Positions 20,806 to 33,364 of a stretch of DNA of 64,000 nt are shown here, piece after piece. The translations under genes were made by a program, and so were the position numbers. Each line of letters begins with the position of its first letter. Positions within the stretch are counted from its first letter, which is position 1. Source of the DNA: the human T2T-CHM13v2.0 reference genome, Homo sapiens; assembly GCF_009914755.1 (NCBI RefSeq), contig NC_060947.1. The stretch is one strand, 5' to 3'. The notes beneath the pieces were generated by a model. It had not been told where the DNA came from. It searched no databases and was given only the letters and a program-made list of their open reading frames with translations.

Positions 20806-21019
20806 CAATGAAATTTGTATTAGAAAACAAGTAAGATGAAGCATATTGTTTGCCTCACCCTAAATTTTTGACAGTGAACTTAACAAAAGAAATATATATT
20901 AATGATTTTTGTCTTTTTACCTGTCATCTTTATTCTTCTGATATTTTGTACATACAGAACTATCATTTGAGTCATTGTTAATGTTGTGTGTATGTGTTGT
21001 TTTTCTCTCTTTTTTTTTT

Positions 21020-22920
21020 TGTGGTAACAGCATCCTGCTTTTATTTTCAGAATTGCCCTTTCCTCTTTCTGTGTGATCTTAAAGGGACTGTGAATCATAG
21101 TGTTTCAAAGCTGCTGCTCATGGGTGCATTAGATAAACTGGATCAATCAGTCTTGCTATTCTGAAAATTTGGCTGTGTAGGAGGTCACAAGGATTAAGTT
21201 AGTTAGATTTGAGTGTACATTGTCTTCATTGTTATATGGCAAATACCATATTAATTGCCTTGTGTAAATCTTTGGAACTTTCTTTGTACTTGTACTTGCT
21301 GAGGTTTGGTTGCTCAGCTTTTCCTTTTTTCCTCTACTTGTATTTTCATTTCAGAGGTACATGTCCAGATTTGTTACATGGGTAAATTGCATGTTGCTAT
21401 GGTTTCTCAGATTCTTATTTGATTCTGTGAGAGACCCATTATCCTCACAATAGATTCTTCTTTTGCTTAAGTTAGCCAGAGTTGATTTCTATTATTTTCA
21501 ACTAAATAACACAAAGTGATCTAGAAACTGGTTCTAAAAAGTAGCTTGTAGGCAACAGAATCTCAAGGAAACTTAGAGTATTTGAAATTGCTTATCTAGC
21601 TGAGATGAGGAATAAGATTGTGAGACACCCATTTATATTCCAGCCTATGGCATGCAGTAATAAAATAGCTAGTTAGTTTATTATATGTAGTGACCTAAAA
21701 CCAAGTACTCACTGAAAGCAAACATCTAGGACATTTGTCATGGAATAATATCTAGAAAATGAGAAACACTGAAACTCCAAAATATTTTGGTTACTTCTTA
21801 TGGTATGGATGATTTAATGCAAGACAACTAAAATCTTAAATCCTGAGATTTTCACCTCAAAAAAAAAAACAATGAATTTCAGAAATTTCAGAGTGTTTTT
21901 GTTACTACCTGAAGCTGTAGGGCTGAGATTGCTAACAATCAAACTCCAAGTCAGATTGTGTTAGTTGAATTAAAATACCATTTAAACTATCAATCCTGTT
22001 TGTTTTTTTATATAGAAGTTAGAGAATTACTTAGAAAAGATCCTGACAAAAGGAATAGCAATATTTACTTGGCTTTAGAGGACTTAGAAAATTGAAACTT
22101 CCCCACCCTCTGATACTTTCCTCACTATGTCTACTTTGGCTGGGGAAGTGGTACCTTATTTGAACTAGAGGTGCACTGACCAAGGAAGAAGGTAGATTGA
22201 TGTCTACAGAAAAGGCCATCTTGTCTTTTGGGTTGTTAAAAATCTTCTGCTGCAGAGTTAACTTTCAGATGAGCATTTATATGGAACTTGAGTATTCTAT
22301 GACTCTGAACCTATTTGGAGAAGTTAACCCCCTGACGCTTCCTCAATTAGTCTTATCACCAGTTGTATTCCTTCCAAATCTCTGACTTTTGTGGCCAGAC
22401 CATTAATCACTGCTTATGAATTAGTGTATATTCTGAACTTAGGTGTTATTTCCTCCTAGGCTAAGTATACAGAATGGCATATTGCTTAAAGCTCTGCCCA
22501 TTGTGAGGGTTTCTTTTCTTTGTTGGTCTTTCTATTTCCCCTGAGTGGGTGTATGAAGCCACATCTGTCAACTTTTGACAGGCATTATTATGTAGAGCCA
22601 TATATGTGAAAACAATCTCATCTTAGGTGAACACTTCATAAGGGCATGGATGAAAATCAAGAGAGAGATAACAGTGTGGCCGAAGCAAGTATTCTAAAAA
22701 GTGTAAGCAAACTCTGTGTGTCACTTACTTGGGCCTTTAGGGCTTGCTTGGGGTAAGTATCTTATGTAACACCTCCATTTGATAATGGAGTAGTACTTTT
22801 TGGCTATGTGGATCTGATTCCATATAATTAATAATGGGTAATTCAGGTCATGTGGTTAGCTGAAGAGCAATATTCAACATTCAGTTTATTCAGTCTTCAC
22901 CAGAGTTCAGTAGTAAATCA
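21020..22920 (+). mobile_element. Ancient ERVL-class LTR (~21020-21520) plus internal sequence; short antisense L1 tail at ~21325-21400
   Basis: LTR-end-like ttgcttaagttagccagagttgatttctattattttcaactaa followed by gaaactggttc (PBS-like); family by recall only. Confidence 0.55.
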
Positions 22921-22924
22921 GGAT

Positions 22925-24945
22925 CTGTCTTCCTTTTCAACTGGATACCATTTATTTCTTTCTCTTGCCTAATTTCTCTGGCCTGGACTTCTAGTTCTAT
23001 GTTGAATAACAGTGGTAACAGTGGCCATCTTTGTCATGTTCCAGATCTTAGAGGAAACACTTTTAATATTTATCCATTCAATACAATAACAATGTTAGCT
23101 GTGGGTTTCTTCTATATGACCTTTATTATTTTGAGATGTCTTTTTTTCTATACTCAGTTTGTTGAGAGCTTTTGTCATTAAGAGATGTTAAATTTATATT
23201 GAATGCTTTTTTAGCCTGTATTAAAATGATCATATGGTTTTTGTCCTTGGTTCTGTTAACATAATGTATCACATTTATTGGTTTGCATGTGTTCAATCAC
23301 CTTTGCATCTTGGGGATTAATTCCACTTGATCGTGGCAAATTATTTTTCTAATGTGTTGTTGAATTAAGTTTGCTAGTATCAATTGCAACAAAATCAAAA
23401 ATTGACAAGTGAGATCTAATTAAACTGAAGAGCTTCCGCACAGCAGAAGAAACTATCTACAGAGTAAACAGACAACCTACAGGATGGGAGAAAACATTTG
23501 CAAATAATGCATTTGTTATATAGTTTACATATATAACAAACCTGCATTTGTACCCCTGAACTTAAAAGTTAAAAAAAAGTTTGCTAGTATTTTGCTGAGG
23601 ATTTTGCATCTATGTTTATAAGTGATATTTATTGGCCTGTTGTTTTCCTTTTTTGTTGCATTCTTGTCTGGTTTTGGTATCAAGATAATGCTGGCATCAC
23701 AGAGTGAGCTTGGAAGTATTCTCTCCTCTTCACCGTTTTTGAAGAGTTTGAGTAGGCTTGGCATTAGTTATTCTTTAAATGTTTTTAGGATTCAGTGGTA
23801 AAGCCATCAGATCCTGGGTTTTTCTTTAATGGAAGACTTTTTATTACAGCTGCAATCTCATTAATCATTATTGGTTTGTTAAGGTTTTCTATTTCTTAAT
23901 GGTTCCATCTTAGTGTGTCCCGGAATTTATTTCTTTTAGGTTGCCTGATGTGTTGGTATATAGTTGTTCATCACAGTTTCTAATCACTCTTTGTATTCCT
24001 GAAGTCACAGTTGTTAGCATTTCTGTGCTATCTTGGAAATCACTGAGTTTCCTTTAAATTGATATTGTAAATTATTGGTCAGAGTTCACATACTGCCATC
24101 TCATTAGGGTCAGTCACTTGTCCCTTGTTTTGTTCATTTGGGGAGGTCATGGTTCTTTGTTTCCTGTTGTGTCTTGTGAGTCTACATCTATGTTTTTGCA
24201 TTGAAGGGTTGATTATTTATACCCATCTTCTGTCTTTTTTTTCGCTTTTCATTGGATATGTTTGTTTAGACATTCTTTGTAATGTATCTGTTGATTTTCT
24301 TTTTTTTTCTATATTTTTTTTTCTCTAAGTTGCTTCCTCCTTTTCATAACTAGATGGTGACTTAAGTCCAGGTTTGCCTCAGTTTCAGTAAACAACCATA
24401 TTGCTGTCCATCCCAAATGGCAGAGTTCTCAAAGGAGATATTCTGGCAGTGTAGGAAGGCTTTTTTGACAAAATGAAGTCTGCACACTTGACATAATGAA
24501 ATATTTTTTCTGTTATTTTTCTGAAAGAGTGCATAGAGGATAAATTAATTTTGAAGCTTTACATTATGAAAATGTTCTAATTTTTCTTCCATACTTGATA
24601 GATAAATTGCCTAGAAATATAAATCTAGGCTACAAATTACTTTATCTCATAATTTTGAAGATATGACTCATCTTCAAGCTTCTAGTCTTGTTGGGAAGTC
24701 CTGTGGCACTCTTTTGTTTAACCTAATTTCTGTGGGACATGTGTGAGACAGAAAGAGAATATAAATGTGTACACTTTTAGATTGCTCTTTTAATCCATCA
24801 TGTTTTAAGTTTTTGGATACTGTGTATCCCTTGGCATACTTCCTTTTTGAAAAGATCATTGTGCTAAGTAATTGATGAATTCTTTTAATATAAAATTTTA
24901 ATTACTTTAATCTTATAAATGTTCTTGCATTATTACTTTGATAAT
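22925..24945 (-). mobile_element. Old L1M fragments (ORF2, 5' region, ORF1)
   Basis: Antisense ORF2 ([30 protein letters not shown]) and decayed upstream L1 sequence. Confidence 0.75.
23381..23576 (+). mobile_element. Mini L1 (ORF2 fragment fused to 3' tail)
   Basis: TSD aagtttgctagtat 23367-23380 / 23577-23590. Confidence 0.8.
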
Positions 24946-24949
24946 TTCT

Positions 24950-25148
24950 ATTCCAGTTACTACTATGTTGTAACAAACTATTCCAAAATTTAATTGCTTA
25001 AAATAAAAATAAAATAAATTTTAATTTTAACCCATTGCAATAAAGCCATAGGTTGTCAAGAATCAGCTTCTCATTTGGAGTCCTTCATGTGGTTACAGTT
25101 AAATGGTGACAGGAGATAGGGCTAGAATAATCTAAAACTTTACTGGCT
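24950..25148. mobile_element. MLT1 LTR piece 1 (continues at 29063-29280 and 46097-46170)
   Basis: ttccagttactactatgttgtaacaaactattccaaaatttaattgcttaaaa; pieces rejoin across TSDs. Confidence 0.7.
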
Positions 25149-28100
25149 ATTTAGGCTCTTTTTTGGTTACATATGAGTTTTAGGATAGTTGTTTGCTAAT
25201 TCTGTATAAAATGACATTGGAATTTTGATGGAGATAATGTTGAATCTAAAATTACTTTGGACAGTATGGTCATTTTAATGATATTGATTCTTCCAACCCA
25301 TTAGCATGGAATATTTTTCCATTTATTTGTGTCAACTCTAATTTCTTTCTGAAGTGTTCTGTAGTTCTCCTTGTAGAGATCTTTCACTTCCTTGATTAGC
25401 TGCATTCATACATATTTCAATATTTTTGGCTATTTTGAATGGAATTATGTCCTTTACTCTCACTTTGAATGTTATTCATGTATAGAAAGGCTACTGATTT
25501 TGAATATTGATTTTGTATCCTGAAACTGTACTGAAGTCGTTTATCAGTTCTAGAAGCCTTTTATTGGAGTATTTAGGGTTTTCCAGTTATAGAATCATAT
25601 TGTCCATGAAAAGAGATAGTTTGACTTCTTCACTTTCTAGCCGGATACTTTTTATTTTTATTTTTTCCCTTGCCTGATTGCTCTGGCTAGGTCTTCCAGG
25701 ACTATGTTGAGTAGGGTAGTGAGAGTGGACATTCTTGTTTTGTTCCAGTTCTCAAGGTGAATGGTTTCGGTTTTTGTGCATTTGTGTTGGCTGTGGATTT
25801 GTTATAGATGGCTCTTATTATTTTGAGGTATGTTTCCTCGATGTCTAGTCTGTTGAGGGTTTTTATCATAAAGGAAGTTTGGTTTTTATTGAAAGCTTTT
25901 TCTGCATCTATTGTGATGATAATATGGCTTTTGCTTGTAATTCTGTTTGTGTGGTGAATCACATTTCTTTTTTTTTTCTTTGATGTTGCAAAGGGACATA
26001 AATGGATTGTTCATTGCACCTTTCTTTCTGCAGCCACTTCCAAGGTCCTTTTGTTCTTCATAATGAGACAAAAATAAAAGTTTAATCAATAGGAATGAGC
26101 TTGGTTCCAAGATAAGAGTTAACCTTGGATTTGAATGATTCTATTGATTTGGCGTTATGAACCTGAGGCAGGATTTCATCTAAGGATTGGGGTGTACTTT
26201 AGTTTAAAATGAGTGCTTCTTAAGTTGTTGGCAAATAGAGTGGAATTGCCAATAAACTTGGCTGACACGGGCTCAAACAATAACTAAGCTCATAGAAAGA
26301 TAATAACTCAGATAAATACAGGAGTCAGAAAATGTTCCCTTTAAAAAAACCTTTCTACACTGTAATTATCAAAATAAATATCACCAGTTATGAGAAGTGA
26401 AGCTAACTAAAATACCTTAAGGACACATGACCTTCACTGTGGAAAATAGGAGCATAGTTTTAATCTTTTCTTTCCCTTAAGAACTATATTCTTCTTTTTA
26501 CCTACTCTCACTTTCAATTTCTATAATCTAAAACATCAAATTCACCTGCAGGAAAGTCATGTTTTTGACAACTTCTTAACTTCTTAAATAACTTGTTTAA
26601 GAGGTTCTGGCCCTGAAACCTTAGACAATGACAGTGGTTAGTTGATTAGGCATGGGGTGTGGAGGGCAGGGGGAAGACGACACAAAACAATTGTAACCTC
26701 ACGCCCACTCCTCCCTCCCCTTCCCCAATTCCCCGTTTGTCACACCACCCCATTGTAGATCTAGTTCAACCAACGAAATAATCAGCTTATTGCAGAGGGA
26801 AGGAAGTTTACTACTGGAAATAATGCAGGTTTGTTTTAAATGTTTTGATGAAGCTCACTGAGGTTTTAATTCAAGTTGATAGTGTATTCTATTTTGTTTT
26901 ATTTTATTGCCTGCTAGAGGTTAGGGATGCAATGTTGAATAAGATGTGGCCCCTATTCTTAATTTTTTTTATACTCTAAGTTCTAGGGTACATGTGCACA
27001 ACGTGCAGGTTTGTTACATATGCATACATGTGCCATGTTGGTGTGCTGCGCCCATTAACTCGTCATTTACATTAGGTATATCTCCTAATGCTATCCCTCC
27101 CCCCTCCCCCCACCCGACGACAGACCCCGGTGTGTGATGTTCCCCTTCCTGTGTCCAAGTGTTCTCACTGTTCAATTCCCATCTATGAGTGAGAACATAC
27201 GGTGTTTGGTTTTCTGTCCTTGCGATAGTTTGCTAAGAATACACATTTCTTGATTTGTGTATGATGAACCAGCTTTGCATCCCAGGAATAAAGACTATTT
27301 GATCACATTGGATTAGCTTTTTGGTTTGCTGTTGTATTTGGTTTGCTAGTATTTTGTTGAAGATTTTTGCAATTTGCATCTATGTTCATCAGGGATATTG
27401 GCCTGAAGTTTTCTTTTTTCGTTATTGCATCTCTCTCAGATTTTGGCATCAGGCTGATGCTGGCTTCATAGAATGAGTTAGGGAAGAGTCCTTTCTCCTC
27501 AATTTTTTGGAATGTCTGGTAGAATTCAGCTGTGAATCTATCTGATCAAGGGTTGTTTATGATTGATAAATTTTCTAAATTACTTTTTCAATTTCAGAAC
27601 TTGTTATTGGTCTTTTCAGGTTCTCATGTTCTCCTGGTACAATCTTGGGAGCTTATGTGTTCTCAGGAATTTATGCATTCCCTCTAGATTTGTAAATTTG
27701 TGTGCATAGAGTTGTTGATAACAGTCTCTGAGGACCTTTTGTATTTCTGAATGTTTGGTTGTAATGTCACCTTTGTTGTTCCTGATTAAACTTATCTGGA
27801 TCTTCTCATGTTTCTCTTTGTTAACCTACCTAGCAGATTACCAACATAGAAAAATAAATTCAAGGTGGATTAATTATTTAAATGTAAGAACACATACTAT
27901 AAAAACCCTAGAAGAAAACCAAGGAAATAATCTTCTCGACCTCAGCCTTGGCAAAAAAAATTATTGGCTAAGTTCCCAGAAACAATTGCAACAAAAACAA
28001 AAATTGACAAGTAGGACTTAATTAAAATAAAGAGCTTCTGTACAGGAAAAGAAACCATCAACAGAGTAAACAGACAACCTATAGAATGGAAAAAATATAT

Positions 28101-29062
28101 TTGCAAGTTATGCATCTGACAAAGGTCTAATATTCAGAATCAATAAGAAACTTAAACAAATCAACAAAATACAACCAAATAGTTTCATTTAAAAAAAGGG
28201 GGGGGAAGGACATGAACAAGGACTTTTCAAAAGAAAACATACAAGTGGCAAACAAATGCATGAGAAAAACTCAACATCACTAATCATCAGAGGAATGCAA
28301 ATGAAAACCACAATGAGATACCTTTTCAAATCATTCAGAGTGGCTACTACTAAAAAGTAAAAAAAAAAATAAGATGTTGGAGAGACTAATGAGAAAAAGG
28401 AATAGTTATACACTGTTGGTGAGAATGTAAATTAGTTTGGCCACTGTGGAAAGCAGTTTGAATATTTCTCAAAGAACTTAAAACAGAGCTGTTATTTGAC
28501 CCAGTAATTATATTAGTGGGTAGATGCCCAAAAGAAAATAAATTGTTCTATCAATAAGAAACATACACTAGTATATTCTTTAGAGCACTATTCACAATAG
28601 CAAAGACATGAATCAGCCTAGGTGCCCATCACTGGTGAATTGGATAAAGAAAATATGGTACACAAGGGCTTTGGAATACTATGTAGCCATGAAAAAGAAT
28701 GAAATAATATTCTTTGCAGCAACATGGATGCAACTGGGGGTCATCATCCTAAGTTAATTAATGCAGGAAAAGAAAATCAATATCATATGTTCTCATTTAT
28801 AAGTGAGAGATAAACATTGGGTACTCATGGACATAAAGATGGAAACAATAGACACTCTGGACTCCAAGAGGGAATAGGCAGGGAGGGAAGACACGGGTAA
28901 AAAAATTAGTTTTTTGGTACTATCCTCACTATGTAAGTGACAGGATCCTTGCCCCAAACCTCAGCATCACACAGTATACCCATGTAAAAAACCTGCACAT
29001 GTACCCCTTGTACCCAAAAGTTGAAAATATCCTTAAAAATAGTAAATAAATAAATGAATAAA
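25149..29062 (+). mobile_element. 5'-inverted (twin-primed) L1PB-like element
   Basis: Antisense ORF2 25149-~27845, sense 3' part ~27845-29062; perfect TSD taaaactttactggct 25133-25148 / 29063-29078. Confidence 0.88.
25970..27241 (-). mobile_element. 5'-truncated L1PA (26960-27241) carrying a ~1-kb 3' transduction
   Basis: L1PA 3'UTR, unique DNA 25982-26955, second T tract at ~25964-25981, TSD cacatttctt 25960-25969 / 27242-27251; host L1 rejoins across the insert. Confidence 0.8.
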
Positions 29063-29280
29063 TAAAACTTTACTGGCTGACCATCCAGGATGGCTTTTTA
29101 ATGTACATGTCTGTTACCTGGGCTGGGATAATCAGAATAGCTGAGGGACAAGCAGGCATCTCTTTCCATATGTGGGCTTCCTAATAGCATGATTATTTCA
29201 GGATAGTCAGACTGGCTTTCCCCAGAGCACACATTAAGTGTTCCACTAAAAAGAAAGCAGAAGCCACTAATCTTTTAAAA

Positions 29281-29812
<532 letters not shown>

Positions 29813-30451
29813 TTAAAGTCTAGGCCCAAAGAAAAAGAAAGAAAAAGGCATTCAAATTGGAAAAGAGAAAGTCAACCTCTCTTTGCCATTTATATAATCT
29901 TATACCCAGAGAACCCTAAAGACAACTCTAAAAGATGCCTAGATCTGATAAATAAATTCAGTAAAGTCTTAGGATACTAAATCAATGTACACAAATCAGT
30001 AGTACTGTTATACATCCAACAATAACCAAACTGAGCATCCAATAAAGAACTCAATCCCTTTTATAGTGACTATAAAAAGAATCTGGGAATATACTTAAAG
30101 AAGCAGGTTAAAGATCTCTATGAGGAGAATTACAAACCACTGCTGAAAGAAATTATAGATGACACAAGCAGATGGAAATACATCCCATGATCATTAATTG
30201 GAAGAATCAGTGTCATAAACATTATGCAAATGACCATATTACCCAAAGCAATCTAGAGATTAAATGCATTTTTTATCAAAATAGCAACAACATTTTTTAT
30301 AGGATTAGAAAAAAAATTCTAAAATCCATATGGAACCAAAAAAGAACCTTAATAGCCAAAGCAATTCTAAGCAAACTAATACATTTGGAGGCATCACATT
30401 ACACAACTTCAAATTATACAAGGCTGTAGTAATGGAAACAGCATGGTATAG

Positions 30452-30971
30452 TGTGACTGACTGCCACGGTTACTACTTGAGACCCTCATTACTGCAGTTA
30501 CTACTGTTACTACTTGAGACCATCATTACAAGACTGAACAAAGGGGGAAGAATGTAGAAATGAAAACTTAAGACAAAAGTAACTATTTTAAAGGAAAGGT
30601 AACATGGGGAAGAAGAAGAAAGAAGAAAAGAAGAAAAGGGCTCCCTGCTTCTACTGAGCAAAGGCAGCCATCTGAGCCTCTACAGCCCTTCATATTTATT
30701 GGGTAGAAAGAGCAGGGAGGAGGAGGTAAGGATTGGTCAACAGCTTATTGATCACAGGTTCACATTATTGCTCACAGGCTTCAATTAAGCCTAATCACAA
30801 GAAACACTTGTGCCTGGGTTGTGACTGCCCTCAGCACTCCCCCTGGGCGGCAGACGCAGTTTATCAGTTTGCCAACATCCTGCTTTTATGAGAAACAGTT
30901 TGCTGTTTACTCATATAGCCTCCAGTGGTATACTGAGTTGATCACGACCCTCATTCTTACGGCCTTCAACA
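30452..30971 (-). mobile_element. LTR3-like (HERV-K HML-6) solo LTR
   Basis: Minus strand starts TGTTGAAGGCCGTAAGAATGAGGGTCGTGATCAACTCAGTATACCACTGGAGGC; TG..CA ends; degenerate 6-bp TSD gtatag/gtgtgg. Confidence 0.7.
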
Positions 30972-33364
30972 GTGTGGTATAAAAGTAGATACATAAGTTA
31001 ATGGAACAGAATAGAGAACCCAGAAATGAAACCAAATATTTACAATCAATTAATCTATGAACAAGCATTAAAAAACATAAATTGAGGAAAGGACATGCTA
31101 TTGAATAAATGATTCTGGGAAAATTGGATGGGCACATGTTTAAGAATAATACTGGATTTCTCTCTTACTGTATACAAAAATCAACTCAAGATGGAGTAAG
31201 CTAAATCTAAGGTTTGAGATTATAAAAACTTTAGAAGAAAATGTATTTAAAAAAAAACTCTTCTGGACATTGGCCTAGGCAAAGAATTTATGACTAAGAC
31301 CCCAAAAGCAAATGCAACAGAAATAAATAAACAAATGGGACTTAATTAAACCAAAAAAATTCTTCACAACAACAAAAAATCAGATTAAACAGATAACCTA
31401 TAGAACAAGATAAAATATTTTCAGATTATATATCTGACAAAGGACTAATATCCAGAATCTACAAGGAACCCAAACAAATCAGCAAGATAAAAGCAAATAA
31501 TCCTATTAAAAAGTGGCCAAAGGATATGAATAGACATTTCTCAAAAGAAGATACATAGGCAGCTCCCACACATACGGACAGAGCAGTGTGTGGAGACTCA
31601 TATCATGAACTTTTGTTCCAGAACTACTGCAGGAATAAGCCAGGGAAGCCATAAAATCCCAAAGACCCTCTGAATAAAGTGGATTGATCCTGCAAGACCC
31701 AGGAGACACCACAAATACTGTGAGTGCCCAAGCAGTTAATGTAGGAAAGAGGGATCTTCTGCCCCCGAACACACACTCTCACTGGGAAACTTGAAGGTCT
31801 AGGTAATGGGAGAAGATTCTTACCTTATGTGGAACTGAGTCAATTTAGAGAGCCAAGCGAAATACAGGGGTACAGGAAGCAGTGAGAAAAGCCCTGTGGG
31901 ATTACTGGGTCCCCTAGCAAGCCATTTATGCCTAGTCTCACAGGGGTCCTTTGGGAGGGCTACCAGAGGTACTGGGAAAAAACCACAGGGAGAAGGAAAC
32001 CTCCAGCTGAACTTTGTAACAATTCCAACTGAACACAGTCTAATGGCCAGAACTCAAGGGAGGGCATGATTTTCAGTGTGCAGACTCCACAGGTGGGGTG
32101 GCACAAAAGCCATCTTTACTTTTGCAGCTGGAAGGCTGGTAGCCTGGGGCAAGTTCTAAGCCCTGCTCGCCCACTGCCTGAAAACAGACTCAGTGCTTTT
32201 GGGGGAGTATGGTGGGAATGAGACCAGCCTTTTGGGTTGCATGGGAGCTAGGTGAGGGCTGTGACTACTGGGTTTCCCCCACTTCCCTGAAAACTTGCAT
32301 GACACAGAAGAAGCAGCTATAATCATCCTGGGAACATAAATCTATTGACCTGGGAACCATACCCCAGTCCCCCACAGCAGCTGCAGCAAGACCCACCCAA
32401 GAAGAGTCTGAGCTCAGACGCGCCTAGCCCTACCCCCACCTAATGGCCTTTCCCTACACACCCTGGTAGCTGAAGACAAAAGGCATATACTCTTGGGAGT
32501 TCTAGGGCACAGCCCACTGCCTGATTCTCCCTATGCTACCACAGCTGAGGCTGTCTTGAAAGTGCCACCTCCTGGCAGGAGGCCAACCAGCCCAAAATTA
32601 GTACATTAAACAACCAAAACTAAAGAACCTCACAGAGTCTATTTCAGCCCCCTTCCACTTCCACCAGAGCAGGTGCTGGTATAAATGGCTGAGAGACCTG
32701 CAGAGGGCTCACATCACAGGAATCTGTGCAGACAACCCCCAGTACCAGCCTGGAGCCTGGAAGACCTGCTGGGTGGCTAAATCCAGAAGATAGATAACAA
32801 CCACTACAGCTCAGCTCTGAAAAAGCCATATGCCTAAAAAAGTGGGGAGAGAGTACTACATCAGTGGAACACCCCATGAGACAAAAGAATCTGAAGAGCT
32901 ACTTGAGTCCTAGATCTTTCCTCTGACATAGCCTTCCCAAATGAGAAAAAAATCAGAAAAACAATTCTGGTAATATGACAAAACAAGATTATTTAAAACC
33001 CCCAAAAAATCACCCTAGCTCACCAGCAATGGATCCAAACGAAGATGAAATTTCTGATTTACCTGAAAAAGAATTCAGAAGGTAAGTTATTAAGCTAATC
33101 ATGAAGGCACCAGAGAAAGGTGAAGCTAAATTTTAAAAATATTAAAAAAAGATACGAGAAACATGGGGAAAAATCTTCAGTGAAATGGATAGCATAAATA
33201 AAAAACAATAAAAACTTCAGGAAATTGTGTACACAATTAGAGAAGTGAAAAATGCTCTGGAAACTCTCAGCAATAGAATTGAACAAGCAAAAGAAAGAAC
33301 TTCAGAGCTCGAAGACAAGGTTTCCAAATTAACCCAATCCGACAAATACAAAGAAAAAATAACA

